A stretch of 50,693 nt of DNA, from NCBI RefSeq assembly GCF_004010195.1, contig NC_057719.1, forward strand, positions 79,867,030 to 79,917,722, given 5' to 3'. The notes under the pieces were generated by a model that was not told where the DNA came from, did no database searches, and was given only the letters and a program-made list of their open reading frames with translations. This DNA is from Chiloscyllium plagiosum (lineage: Eukaryota). Below are positions 1-11,853 of this stretch, piece after piece (positions within the stretch are counted from its first letter, which is position 1; each line of letters begins with the position of its first letter). The translations under genes were made by a program, and so were the position numbers.

Positions 1-268
1 GACCTGTCCTATCTGTCCATCTTCCTTCCCACCTCTCTGCTCCATCCTCCTCTCCGACCTATCACCATTACCCCCCCACCTCCATCTACCTATCCCACTC
101 TCAAGTACCTTCCCCACCCCAGCCCCACTCCCCTGCCATTTATCTCTCCACCCCTTTGGCTCACAAGTCTCATTCCTGATGAAGGGCTTAAGCCGATTCT
201 CCTGCTCCTCGGATGCTGCCTGACCTGCTGTGCTTTTCCAACACTGCACTCTCGACTCATCCCTCCAG
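1..268 (+). mobile_element. Penelope-like element 3' end (truncated by window start) with a deleted hammerhead motif
   Basis: Reverse-complement match to the PLE termini at 11152-11460 and 17337-17600. CTGATGAAGGGCTT at 176-189 is followed by loss of the GAAACGTC part. Confidence 0.85.
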
Positions 269-269
269 A

Positions 270-1197
270 GACATATAAGCGTATGAATTAGGAACAGGCC
301 ATTCAATCCTTTATTCTGCTCTGCCATTCATAAACACCATCTGATTGTGGCCTTGATTCCATTTCCTACTTACCCCAAAGATTTACAAGGATGTTGCCAG
401 GGTTGGAGGATTTGAGCTATGGGAGAGGCTGAACAGGCTGGGGCTGTTTTCCCTGGAGCATCAGAGGCTGAGGGGTGACCTTATAGAGATTTATAAAATC
501 ATGAGGGGCATGGATAGGATAAATAGACAAAGTCTTTTCCCTGGGATCGGGGAGTCCAGAACTAGAGGACATAGGTTTAGGGTGAGAGGGGAAAGATATA
601 AAAGGGACCTAAGGGGCAACATTTTCACGCAGAGGGTGGTACGTGTACGGAATGAGCTGCCAGAGGAAGTGGTGGAGGCTGGTACAATTACAAAATTTAA
701 AAGGCATCTGCATGGGTATATGAATAGGAAGGATTTAGAGTGATGGGACCAAGTGCTGGCAGATGGGACTAGATTGGGCTGGGATATCTGGTCGGCATGG
801 ATGAGTTGGACCGAAGGGTCTGTTTCTGTGCTGTATATCTCTATGACTCTATGACCTTTGGCTTTCTTGGTGGTCAAGAATCGATTTACCTTTCCTTTAC
901 AGATATTTAATAAACCTCTGAGGAGGGGGGCACCATTGATTCATAACTCTGAGAATAAAAAGGTTTCTCCTCATTTCTACTTTTAATGGAAGACCACTTT
1001 TTGAAAGACTAGACGAACCTCTCCCACAGGGGAAACCATCCTTTTGGCATTCAGCCTGTCAAGTCCTCTCAGGATCTGATCCGTTTTAATGAGGCCACCC
1101 CTCTTTCTTTCAAACTCCCGTCGATATAGGCCCAGCCTATCCAAGCATTCCTCATAAGATAACCTCTCCATTCCCAGGTATCAGTCAAGTGAATTTT
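270..1197 (-). mobile_element. Degraded CR1-type LINE 3' fragment, interrupted by a younger CR1 at 378-855
   Basis: ORF 983-1171 (LSYEECLDRLGLY..RKRGGLIKTDQILRGLDR) matches the CR1 ORF2 C-terminus. CR1-type tail at 270-377. Confidence 0.7.
378..855 (+). mobile_element. CR1/HER1-like LINE, 5'-truncated 3' fragment
   Basis: RGMDRINRQSLFP..RTRGHRFRVRGERYKRDLRGNIFTQRVV..NELPEEVV. Ends in (CTATGACT)n tail. Confidence 0.9.
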
Positions 1198-1789
1198 CCA
1201 CATGAGCAATTCACTTGAGGATTTATCCAAAATTCATGGCACCCAGGCTGTTTTCTCATGTGATCACTGCTTCCTGGGATGGGGAAATTGAATCTAGGAT
1301 CTAGCTCATTCCTCTATTTCCTGGAAACATTTGTGGAAGTGGGTTGGGCCATTGGATAGCATTGCTTACCTCACCCAAGAAGACAAATCTTTTCCCTGCA
1401 CTGGATAGAAGGAAGCAGATGGCCTGAACATCCTCCTACCTCGTAGAGTGACTGTAAGTTCTTTCCCGCTTGAGCTGTAACACACTTAACTGCTCAAAAG
1501 GTTACTTTAAGCAGTAATGTTAAGTGAGCTCCAGATCAAGGGTCACCTCAGGTCATCCTTTCACTGCTACAAAGCCTTTAAGTCATTGGGAAAAAAAGGG
1601 AGAATACAGAAACTCATTGCAAACAAATGGAGGGGAGAAGAATGCGTCTTGTCTAACAAAAACAGTCTTTAACAGAGCCATTTAGCAGTTAGATACAAAT
1701 GTAAGTAGTAACATCAGATTACTTTGACATGAATGATGTAAATCAGAAGACATGTGAGCCTACAGCATCTATCTTCGACGGTGAAAAGA

Positions 1790-2070
1790 AATAACCTGAC
1801 TTTTTGTAGCACCTTTCACATCCTCAGAATGTCACAAAAGCCAATTACTTACATCTGAAGTGAAGTCGCTGCTGTAATGAAGGAAACGCTACAGCCCATT
1901 TGGTTCCAGCAAGTTCTCACAAAACAGCTGTATGATGATGATCAGATCCTCTGTCTTTGTAACGCTGCGTAAATATTGGCCAGGATATTAGGGAGAAACG
2001 TCACTGTTCTTTTTCAAAATACCGCCTTTCGTGTCCAGTCGCGAGAACAGACAGAGACAGAAGCAACCCA
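1790..2070 (-). mobile_element. Old DeuSINE-like (SacSINE1-type) SINE fragment
   Basis: Degenerate reverse complement of the Deu-domain/tail sequence also seen at 2350-2612 and 30470-30740. Recognised from memory of the family. Confidence 0.55.
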
Positions 2071-2349
2071 TCTGAAAGGGGTGACTTCCAGCGAGTCAAT
2101 TATGACTGAATCTGCCTCGACTCAATCTCCAGTTTTCAAGTGGATTCACAAATTGGTGGCGGCAATCACACCAACCTTCTGCTTACTACCTTGATGCATT
2201 AGCAGCAATATTTCTATCTGCTTGGGTGAGGACAGATACAGCAGTCGAGCCTGTGATGCTGCCAGATGTTATGCTTTAGTCTACACCCACTGCTATGTTA
2301 TCCTGCACAAAGACGTGAGCACAGCACTCTGGCCTACTGTTTGGTGCAG

Positions 2350-2612
2350 CACCAAATGAGACATTAAATTTGGTCAGGAGGAACAACAACAGCATTTTGT
2401 ACAAGAGCAGGGGAGCTCTCCTGTGTCCTGGACAATGCTTTTCTCTCAGCCAACATCATAAAAAACAAATGTTCTGATCCCCATCACATTGCTCTTTGTG
2501 GGAGCCTGCAATTGCAAATTGTCAGCTGTGTTTTCCTACGTTGCCAAATTACGCCCCTAAAGTAACGCACTGGTTGTAAAGACTGTTGGAGATGCTGAGG
2601 GGCTGATATAAC
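2350..2612 (+). mobile_element. Old DeuSINE-like SINE fragment
   Basis: gagacattaaa..agagcaggggagctctcctgtgtcctggacaat..atcacattgctctttgtgggagc..gggctgatata resembles the Deu domain plus tail. Confidence 0.6.
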
Positions 2613-2703
2613 CTTACTGCCAATGTGGTGTCATGTATCCTAGGGCCATAAAATAGAGCCTCCCACAATTACTCCTCTTTAATACCATGCACCATCAACC
2701 ACC

Positions 2704-2740
2704 GCCGCCCCCCCCCCCCCCCCCCCCTCCTCCCGCCCCC
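2704..2740. repeat. C-rich low-complexity run (G-quadruplex potential on minus strand)
   Basis: Run of about 20 consecutive C with flanking CC tracts. Confidence 0.85.
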
Positions 2741-3104
2741 CACAAGCCATTCTCCACCACAAAATGAAGCATGGCAAAGACCAATTTCTCAAATCATTAT
2801 GCGATAAACAATATTGCCTTAGGTTTCTGGGAGTTTGCATTGCATTACCAACACCTGAAACTAGTGTAGAGAGTCTGAGGAAGTTTAAGGCGAATGACAT
2901 GGACTGCAAGCCATGTTTCTGTGATTCTTAACTCCTAATTTCAAAAATATTGGCTTGAAATTTACAGTGGGTTTCGGGACCTAGCCATCAGGGGTAAAAA
3001 CCTGACCAGCCACAGGGCTGTCTCAGTGACCCCCAGTTAGGCAGCCTCCCCACTTGTCTGCTCTCTGCTTGGGGACGTGGTTCGGCTCCATTCAGATGGT
3101 CAGA

Positions 3105-3455
3105 ATGTATGAACGTACAGAAGTGGACCATTCAATCCCTCGAGCTGGCTCACCAGGACATTGTGTTTCTGATTCCACATTCCCATCTGCCTCCGAGAAC
3201 CCTTGCTTCACTTGTCTAACGAGAATCTCTCCCCCACTGTCTTAAAAAGATGTAATAAACCTGCTCTTTGAAGCAGAGAGTTCTGAAGCCATCACAGCCG
3301 TCTGAAAGATGGCGACATGAATAGGAAGGGTTTAGAGGGATATGGGCCCAATCTGGCAAATGGGACCAGATCAGATCAGAGTGTCTGCTGAGTGTGAATG
3401 AGATGGACCAAAGGGTCTGTTTTCTGTATGACTCTGCTGTATGACTTTATGGCTA
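3105..3455. mobile_element. Two short CR1 3' tails in opposite orientation (about 3105-3305 minus, about 3316-3455 plus)
   Basis: atgaataggaagggtttagagggatatgggcc..tatgactct matches the 378-855 tail. ggaccattcaatccctcgagc matches the minus-strand CR1 tails. Confidence 0.65.
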
Positions 3456-4865
3456 CAGGCTCCTCCTTATCCACAGTGAATGTTACTCCTTCAAAGAACC
3501 CCAATCCTTTGGTTAAAGATGACTTTCGTTGGATGAAAGCTCTTCCTTATTGGATTGAGTGTTTCTAAGTTTGCAGCAAGAACTTCTGTAATGATCAATT
3601 CTAACACTGTCCCTGTGACAGACTTCAAGCGAACTGGCCTATGGTTTTCTTTCTTGTACCTCACTCACTTCTCGAATTATAATTACTAATTCCCAGTCTG
3701 GTGAAACCTTTCCTGAATCCATGGAGTTTTGGAAAATGAAGGCGGAAGTGATCAATGGTCCATTAACATCATTGTGCGAGTGCCACCTGAAGCCAAAGCC
3801 TCAGTCCAGTTCTGCAAATGCTTTTAATGCTTGGTGATTGTGTAAATAAGTGAGAGTAGGAATTTCAACCTTAACTTCATTTTGGAAAGTCAACACAATG
3901 TCAAACTCAAATTGGATCCAGATTGCACCCAGAAATTCTATTGGGAGTGTCCTGTGTCCTACTAGAGAGCTGGAAAGCAACAGCGAAACCCCAATTTGAA
4001 AGAGGTAATCTGGAATTGTTTAGTCATTAATGCTAGGGTTTGATTGTTTGTCTGCAGATGGGAGCATGACATTGCCATAATGTAGAGATATTAAGTTGCT
4101 CAAACAGACCATTAAGCAGTCTTTCTTAGCTCAGTCAAAACATCACAATGTAATTCTAAATCTCAGCATGAGATAGAATGGGTTTGATGGACTAAATCAC
4201 CTTCCTTCATTCCACTGATTGTTAAAACCTTTCCTTCTGTCCAAGTAATAACAGTCATTACCACTTTAGGCCTAATAAAGGCTTACTGCTAGCAGCAGTG
4301 CCAAGCCAGTCCAGGGTCAAAGGTCATGGCAGGCAAGTCTTTCACTGCAACAAAGCTTCTGACCCTCATTATCTGTAGCAATCAGGCAGACAATGCAACC
4401 ACTCCTACAATTCTGTGTGGACGGACTTGTCAAAAGGAGAAAGAAATTTATTTACAACATGCTTTAAAAAGCAGCAACTTCTAGAAAACGCTGACGTTGT
4501 CTCCTTCTTCGACAAACTGCAACCTTTGGAGATGGATTAAACCAGCCAAGGCAAGGCAGGACAGCGACAATTCTCCGGGCTTATCCCTGACTCTCCGGGA
4601 TTTGCAAACTATTTTGCAGGACACTGCCATGAGCAGACACGAGGAGAAAAATCATTAAAGGATTAAGGAAGAATGCTGTTCTTTCTTCAACTTCTGGAAG
4701 CACTTTTGTTCAGCATTTGCCAGGTGGCGTGAGAATGGTGGAGTCATGAGGTTGAGGGTATGGGCAGGGGGAGATGTGCAGAGAAGGGGCAAAGTTTTAA
4801 TGGTGAGATCGTTGAAAGTAGGAAGGAAGGAAACTGGGCCTGGAATTTTCCCACCCCTGCTGGCA

Positions 4866-5198
4866 CCATAGAATCCCTCCAGCATGGAAACAGACCATTC
4901 AGCCCAACAAGTCCACACTGACCATCCAAAGAGAATTTCACCCAAACCCTATAGCCGTGCATTTATCCCATGGCTAATGCACCTAACCTACACGTCCCTG
5001 AACACTATAGGTTAATTTAGCATGGCGAGGCCACGTAACCTGCACATCTTTGGACTGTGGGAGGTAACCAGAGCACCCAGAGGAAACCCACACAGACATA
5101 GGGAGAACACGCAAACTCCACACAGACAGTTGCCCGAGGCTGGAACTGAACCCGGGTCCCCGCCACTGTGAGGTAGCAGTGCTAACCACTGAGCCACC
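4866..5198 (-). mobile_element. HE1-like tRNA-derived V-SINE
   Basis: Reverse complement has A box TGGCTCAGTGG, B box GGTTCAGTTCC, the V-domain gtgggtttcctc..tccaaagatgtgcagg and a CR1-like tail. Confidence 0.9.
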
Positions 5199-6582
5199 GG
5201 ACTCCCGAATATTTTCGAGAAGACTGGGTAGGAGGCGAAACAGCTACCGACCCACAAACTTTGGATCGCCGATAGAATCAATGAAGGGACTGTCGCATGT
5301 GTTGAGATGCATTGCTTTGCAGTGCAGCAGTGAATATGGTACCCCAGGATAACTATTCTCATAACGCTTGGTTCCTGGCTTTGAGCTGAAATCAAAAGAA
5401 TGTAGCACTGCATCCAACTGGAATTTTTCAGTGATTACTTGGTGGGTGGAGTTAGCCAACCTGACATGCTACCCTCCAAGCTTGTGAATGCAGTGGGAGC
5501 TAAGGGGGTCTACCCCTCCATGAACATTTAGGAATGCCCCATCAACCTCTGGGCCAAAGGTCGCTGCTGGTGCAAGGTGTTGAGTACAGCTGCGGGCCAC
5601 AGACCTCCCAGTAATTTCTCATGATCACAACACTTAGAACAATTGTGGGATTGAAGCATATAAAGGAATATGGACTGTTCCATTATGTTTGTATGGGGCT
5701 GACGATATAGGTTGGTAACTGGTGAAAAATCGCCAATTGTAATTGGTATTGAGGCAATGGCAGCTTGTGAAAGTGTGCCCCAGTGCTTACTGCCTTCAAC
5801 CCGAGCAAACCTTTTAACATCTATCACTGAGATGGACAAGAGCAGCAGGTCAGTTGGAACATCATTAGCCTGACATTTCCCTCAAATCATACACCAGGCC
5901 CACATTGACAAGTATTGGCCACTTATTATATTGGAAGTTGGGGTCCCCATTATTCAGTATATCCTGTGTACTCATGGACAAGTTGGACTGAAGGGTCTGT
6001 TTACGTGCTGTACACCTCTATGACTCTATAACTGCGTTACAGTAGTACGTAGTCTTCATTATGAAGAGAGATGTTTATTGGGAGCCACATTATCCTAGTA
6101 TGAATGCACTGTTTGGGAATACCAGAAGATTTTATTCTTACAGGAATAAAATCTAACTTTCAAATGGGAATGAGAAATGAACAACAGTCACCCTGGCATC
6201 ATGAGTATCTGCCCTTAGCCACTGGTCAAAGGATTCAGACAATTGTTTAACACAGCACGAACTACCAGCCTCTAGAAATAGGGAAGTGGGAGCAGAGGGC
6301 AGTCCTCATCAGGTCATCCATATAGGCATCCATATCAGGGAGCTGTCTTCACCAGAGTCAAGATGGACCAGAGGAGGAGGAAGACCCAGGGAAGAGTTCC
6401 CTAACTCATCAGTGAGAGATCACAACACAGCCCCCCTCATCTTTACTGAGATTGATGCATTCTGCACCAAGGGCTTGTTCATTCTCTAGTATCAGTGAAT
6501 CATCTTCAGTTGTTACTGTTGTATACCTGCTTTGTTTAATTCACTTACGTATCTTATCTAATATGTTACTTCTTAACAAACT

Positions 6583-6888
6583 CGGTGGCACAGTGGTTAG
6601 CACTGCTGCCTCACAGCACCAGGGACCTGGGTCCAGATCCCGCCTCAGGCAACTCTCTGTGTAGAGTTTGCACATTCTCCCTGTGTCTGCGTGGGTTTCC
6701 TCTGGATGCTCCGGTTTCCTCCCGCAGTCCAAAAATGTGCAGGTTAGGTGAATTGGCCATACTAAATTGCTCGTATTGTTAGGTGAAGGGGTAAACGTAG
6801 GGGAATGGGTCTGGGTGGGTTGCTGTTCAGAGGGTCAGTGTGGACTTGTTGGGCTGAAGGGCCTGTTTCCACACTGTAAGTAATCTAA
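6583..6888 (+). mobile_element. HE1-like V-SINE
   Basis: ggtggcacagtggttagcactgctgcctcacagc head, V-domain, tail gggcctgtttccacactgtaagtaatcta. Confidence 0.92.
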
Positions 6889-6998
6889 AAAAAAATATTG
6901 AGCAGAAGGAACATCACCATCGCTGTGATGCAGCAGGGTAGGGAGAACTTTACTTTCAGAGTAAAAGAGTAGGGAGAGGTTTACTTTCAGTTTAAAAG

Positions 6999-7192
6999 GG
7001 TAGACCAAGAAGCTGGAAGAACACAACAAGGCCAGGCAGCATTAGGAGGTGGAGAAGTCAATGTTTCAGGTGTAACCCTTCTTCGGGACTGCTGTTCCAC
7101 TCGTGAAGAAGGGTTACACCTGAAACGTTGACTTCTCCACCTCCTGATGCTGCCTGGCTTGCTGTGTTCTTCCAGCCTCCTGCCTGTCTACC
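6999..7192. mobile_element. Fold-back PLE-derived mini-element with two inverted degenerate hammerhead motifs
   Basis: Arms about 6999-7086 and about 7103-7192 are reverse complements. Each carries GAAGAAGGGTTACACCTGAAAC(A/G)TT, and both have a mutated CTGA box. Confidence 0.8.
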
Positions 7193-7619
7193 TAATCTAA
7201 TAGATCTGAGCTGTGTGAAGCCATCATACATTAACTGTAAACTTGATGTTTCTGAAAAAAAACAAGCAGCCCCTGTTTAGTACTGGAAGCAAATGTAGCT
7301 TTTTCGATTCGCTCTTTCTTCAGTTTTCCCGTTTTTTAATAAAAGTTAAATTTAACAACTGCTTGAGGGCTTCACAGACCATGCTGCTTGCACAATCCTG
7401 AGACATTATGGGGATTAGGGAAAGAGTATAGTGGCTCGAAGGATGGGTAATCTCTGCAGCTTCACCCTTATAGTTGTAGCTACAAAGACAACTGATCAGT
7501 TTGTGGTTTAAAGGGCTGATTTTTACGTGCTTGACCATCTATTTACAATGAAGTGTCAACCAGACTACCTAGTTGCCCTCACAAATCTTTACTTCTCATT
7601 TCCCTTATGCTATATTTAC

Positions 7620-7772
7620 CGTGAAGGGCAGGAACCCATTTGACCTGGTGCCCAGCTGGGCTTTAAAGCACATGGACGGTGGCAGCAAACCAGGAAGGGC
7701 CCACCAGTGGCGAGAACGTCCTCCGACACTGAGTGCACGACAGCATGAGGGTGGCACCGTAACGCCCACTTT
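7620..7772 (-). other. Candidate spliced exon (153 nt), product unknown
   Basis: Minus-strand acceptor ttctccgctgcttacctcAG and donor cacg|GTAAAT. Non-repetitive and CpG-retaining. Two frames are open but neither is recognisable. Confidence 0.3.
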
Positions 7773-7821
7773 CTGAGGTAAGCAGCGGAGAACCACGCAA
7801 GATGCATTGCTGAATGTTGAC

Positions 7822-7842
7822 AGAGAGAGAGAGAGAGAGAGA
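7822..7842. repeat. (GA)n microsatellite
   Basis: About 10 AG units. Confidence 0.95.
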
Positions 7843-7869
7843 CCCTCCTTGAAACTCCTTGAAGTTGAC

Positions 7870-8710
7870 ACTCAGCCAATTTTTCGGATGATTCAGCAGT
7901 CAGTACGTTTGAAAATTTTGCACATCAGTTAAGTAAAATCACCCGGGGCCAGGGATTGAGAAATCCAGCTTCGAATATCATGAAGGGGGGGGACTTTTCT
8001 CTTTACATAAATGGCAGGAGTTTAATCCGTCATCCTCCCTGATACATTGGGTAGGATGACGTCAATGTGGTCACAGAGCAGCTGTTCCTCCTAAACATAT
8101 ATAGCAACCTTTCCATGCCAACAGTATGACCTGTGGAGCTGCTAGCTGTTATTTGTAAATGGCCAGGGTTCAACAGCACAGCTGCAGAGTACAAGCTTGT
8201 TCCAAGATGCCAACCCTAACAGCAAACAGGCAGAAGACATGGTGTCTTCACAGAGCAAGACGAAAAGAAATGCAGTGCTACAAACTGGATTCCTGCTGCA
8301 CATATGGTTCAAAATTTTTGAAGTGCATAACAAAGCAGTGATTTATTCTCAGTCCAAGAAATTCGGGAACAAATGCGGATTTCTACCGTAACTTTCACAA
8401 CCATAGGGGGCACCCTCCCCACCGAAGAATTCCACAGCCAATCAAGAATTTTTTTTTAATCGAAGTGTATGTTAAGACAAGATGTTAACAAACCAAGCCA
8501 TGAGATGAAAGAGCAGTTAATCTGTTTCCACTTGGTGTTGCTTTGGAGAATTAACGTTGGGCTAGATTTTGTGGGCGGTGAGGGAATGGCACTTCCTGTT
8601 GTCCATAAAGGATGGAGCAAGATCTTCCTCCTTCCTTCTCGGACGTTAAGCTGAATGTAGCATCGCCCCAAAGAGATGTCAGTGATGTGCAATCGCCAGA
8701 GGGCAGGAAG
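7870..8710. promoter_or_regulatory. Possible enhancer/promoter motif cluster
   Basis: CCAAT near 7877 and 8439, NF-kB-like GGGACTTTTC near 7990, perfect CRE TGACGTCA 8057-8064, ETS CACTTCCTG near 8590, CTCF-like accatagggggcac near 8400 and tcgccagagggcag near 8693, in a stretch with no repeats I recognise. Confidence 0.3.
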
Positions 8711-8971
8711 AGAAATCATGATTTTTGTTTTGCAAAATTATCTTCTCTTCATGATTCTCCTGTTTAAGCATATTTAATACTGCTGAACACCTAAGATGTG
8801 ATTAATAATCGCATGACATAGCTGGAGCATTGACAACACTCTGCAAGTCCAGACAACCTGTTCACTAGCACCTGGAGACTTGGCCTGCAACCTGCTGTGA
8901 CTAAGAGCTTCCCAAAGTTGTCCCGATTCCCAAGAAAACTGTGACACAAAGGAATTGCAAATTGCTACCGT

Positions 8972-9278
8972 GGGCAGCACAGTGGCACAGTGGTTATCAC
9001 TGCTGCCTCACAATGCCAGAGACCTGGGTTCAATTCCCGCTTCAGGCAACTGTCTGTGTGGAGTTTGCATGTTCTCCCTATGCCTGCGTGGGTTTCCTCC
9101 GGGTGCGCCGGTTTCCTCCCGCAGTCCAAAAATGTGCAGGTCAGGTGAATTGGCCATGCTAAATCGCCCATAGTGTTAGGTGCATTAGTCAGAGGGAAAT
9201 GGGTCTGGGTAGGTTGCTCTTCGGAGGGTCGGTGTGGGGTTGAAGGGCCTGTTTCCACTCCGTAAGTAATCTAATCTA
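8972..9278 (+). mobile_element. HE1-like V-SINE
   Basis: A box TGGCACAGTGG, B box GGTTCAATTCC, V-domain, (TAATC)n tail. Confidence 0.92.
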
Positions 9279-10069
9279 AAAAATACCAAGATGTTAATCG
9301 CATTCCAATGAGCCACTGAGATGAGTCATTAACACCTTCTCTCCTCACAATGGCCATTTTGATGAGGATGGTTGAGATTTCTTGTTCCTCTGAGTGGCCG
9401 AAACAGAAACCACTCAGACTGGAACCTGCACTTGCTGAACGGTGGATTAGCCAAGGGAAATGGAGGGTTATGGGGATGGCATAGTGGAGTAGTCAGAGTG
9501 GGCATTATTGTTTTGATTTTTGACTTCCATTGCTGGCCTTAACAGCAGGAGAAGAGCAGCTCCAGACTTTAGCAGCTTGAAGGCATCTCCCTCCTGAAAG
9601 TCTTATCTACAGAAAGAATCTTGGAGTTGATCTGCCTCTCTCAACAGGACTACCTGTACAGGAAATGCTGCTGTCCTTTCATTTACACCCCAACTCCCAG
9701 GAAAAGAATCGTTACAATTTCAACCACTGACAGACTGCTAATTGGGCGACTGGCATCAAAACTCATTCCAAAATCTTTGAGTTTTTGAAAGAAGTTCATA
9801 AGTTGCAATTTCTTTCCTTCCCTGTCTCTTTCTTTCTACCTTGTATGCCTAAGTGTGAACTAAATAGCAAGCCAGTTCCTCTGCATTTTGACTGTTCTGT
9901 TAAATAAACCCTACCTTTTGTTTCACCTTGAGGGATTTTGCTGTGGATTTATTTCCACGATTGGAAATAAGAAAGAATCTATGCGGGTTCAAGGCTAGTG
10001 TTCGCTTAGAGACTGAGTGAACAGCCCTGAGATGCAGACAAAAGTATCCTGTGATTGGTCTCCTGACTT

Positions 10070-10345
10070 AGACGCAGGTCCTTCAGCCCATCAAGTCCAC
10101 ACTAACTTTCCAAAGAACTCCCTCTCAGGCTACTCCACTATGCTATCCCCATAACCCTCCATTTTCATTGGCTAATCCACCTAATCTGCAAATCTTTGGA
10201 CTTTGAGAGGAAACCCGAGCACCAGGTGAAAACCCACACAGCCAAATGAGAACGTGCAAACTCCACACATTTACCTAAGGCTGGAATCCAACCTGGGTCT
10301 CTGATGCAGTGAGGCAGCAGTGCTAACTGCTGAGACATTGTGTCA
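10070..10345 (-). mobile_element. Degraded HE1-like V-SINE
   Basis: ctgcaaatctttggactttgagaggaaacccgagcacc..gtgcaaactccacac..gaggcagcagtgctaac is the reverse complement of the SINE. Confidence 0.8.
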
Positions 10346-10982
10346 CCCTGACTTCTGTAAAATCTTCAGATCAGCAAAACATAAGTCAGGAAAGCGAAAG
10401 CTCACTACTGGCCTGGATAGGTACAGTTCCACAATACAGAAAAGACTTCATTTGTTCAGCACTTCAACATTCACTGCCCTGCTCCACTGTGGCTGCAGTG
10501 TGTCCTACCTACAAGACACAATGAAGCAGTAACAGATTTTCTTCAGCAACACTTCCCAAATCCAAGGCTTCTGCCACTTTGTCGAATAATGACAGCAGGC
10601 ACATGGAAGCACCACCCCCTACAGGTTACCTTTCAAGTCACATGCTGTCCTAATCTGGATGGCCGTCATCATTGTTGGGTCAAAACCCAGGAGTACTGGA
10701 GGACCTTCACCTCACGGGCTGGACAAAAGATTCTGAAGGGACTTGATAGCACAGAAGATGAGAGATTGTTTCCACTGGGCAGGACACAGAGGCCTAGTCT
10801 CAGGATGAGGTGACAAGAAATGACTTCACTCTCAAGATGTCATGGCTCTTTTGGAATTCTGTAGAGTGTGTGGAACTTGAGTTTGTAGGGATAGGCCAGA
10901 TTTCTGGTCCGTCATGGAAGAAGGGATGTGAGAAGCAGGAAGGAAATTGGAGTTGAAGCCCCAAGATCAGCCGTGTTTATAG

Positions 10983-11104
10983 TAAAGAAGGGTTGCACCC
11001 GAAATGTCGACTTCTCCACCTCCTGATGCTGCCTGGCTTGCTGTGTTCTTCCAGCGTCCTGTCTGTCTATTTTGGATTCCATCATTTGCAGTTTTTTTTG
11101 TCTC
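10983..11104 (+). mobile_element. Solo PLE terminus (same family as 6999-7192) inserted in a decayed CR1 tail
   Basis: AAGAAGGGTTGCACCCGAAATGTCGACTTCTCCACCTCCTGATGCTGCC matches 7106-7190. Flanks (10722-10980, 11105-11150) are CR1 3' sequence. Confidence 0.75.
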
Positions 11105-11151
11105 TATCCATACTAAATAGCAAGCAGGCTCAGAGGGCTACTCCTGCTCAT

Positions 11152-11853
11152 CGGCAAAAGTAAGGACTGCAGATGCTGGAAACCAGAGTTGAGATCACCT
11201 CCAGAGTTGGTGCCGGAAAAGCACAGCAGTTCAGGCAGCATCCGAGGAGCAAGAAAATCGACGTTTCAAGCAAAAGCCCTTCATCAGGAATAGAGGCAGG
11301 AAGCCTCCAGGGTGGAGAGGTAAATGGGGGTGGGGTGGGGCTGGGGAGAAGGTAGCAAAGAGTACAATAGGTGAATGGGGGTGGGGATGGAGGTGATAGG
11401 TCAGAGGGAAGGGTGGAGCGGATGGGTGGGAAGGGAGATTGGCAGGTAGGACAGGTCATGGGGACAGTGCTGAGCTGGAAGGTTGGAACTGAGGTAAGGT
11501 GGGGGGAGGGGAAATGAGGAAACTGGTGAAGTCCACATTGATGCCCTGGGGTTGAAGTGTTCCGAGGCGGAAGATGAGGCGTTCTTCCTCCAGGTGTCGG
11601 GTGGTGAGGGAGTGGCGGTGGAGGAGGCCCAGGACCTCCATGTCCTCGGCAGAGTGGGAGGGAGAGTTGAATTGTTGGGCCACGGGGCAGTGGGGTTGAT
11701 TGGTGCGGGTGTCCCAGAGATGTTTCCTGAAGCACTCTGCTGGGGGGGGGCGTACAGTCTCCCCAATGTAGAGGAGACCGCATCGGGAGCAACGGATACA
11801 ATAAATGACATTGGTGGGTGTGCAGGTGAAATTTTGATGGATGTGGAAGGCTC
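11152..11853 (-). mobile_element. Penelope-like element 3' fragment with GIY-YIG endonuclease domain (Neptune-like) and terminal repeat
   Basis: ORF 11456-11971: FTCTPTNVIYCIRCSRCGLLYIGET..RKH..HCPVAQQFNSPSHS..LEEERLIFRLGTLQPQGIN, the PLE GIY-YIG/CCHH pattern. Confidence 0.9.
11258..11290 (-). ncRNA. Minimal type I hammerhead ribozyme motif (PLE-associated)
   Basis: Minus strand reads CTGATGA-AGGGCTTTTGCTT-GAAA-CGTC: intact core boxes, short stem II, palindromic ACGT stem III, GUC triplet. Stem I is weak. Confidence 0.75.

Noticed and set aside
4540..5465. Possible old DNA-transposon-like repeat flanking the SINE
   Set aside because: Only a vague resemblance. No demonstrable TIR pair or TSD.
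9480..10050. Possible second solo LTR (AATAAA near 9903)
   Set aside because: Could not define TG..CA ends or a TSD.
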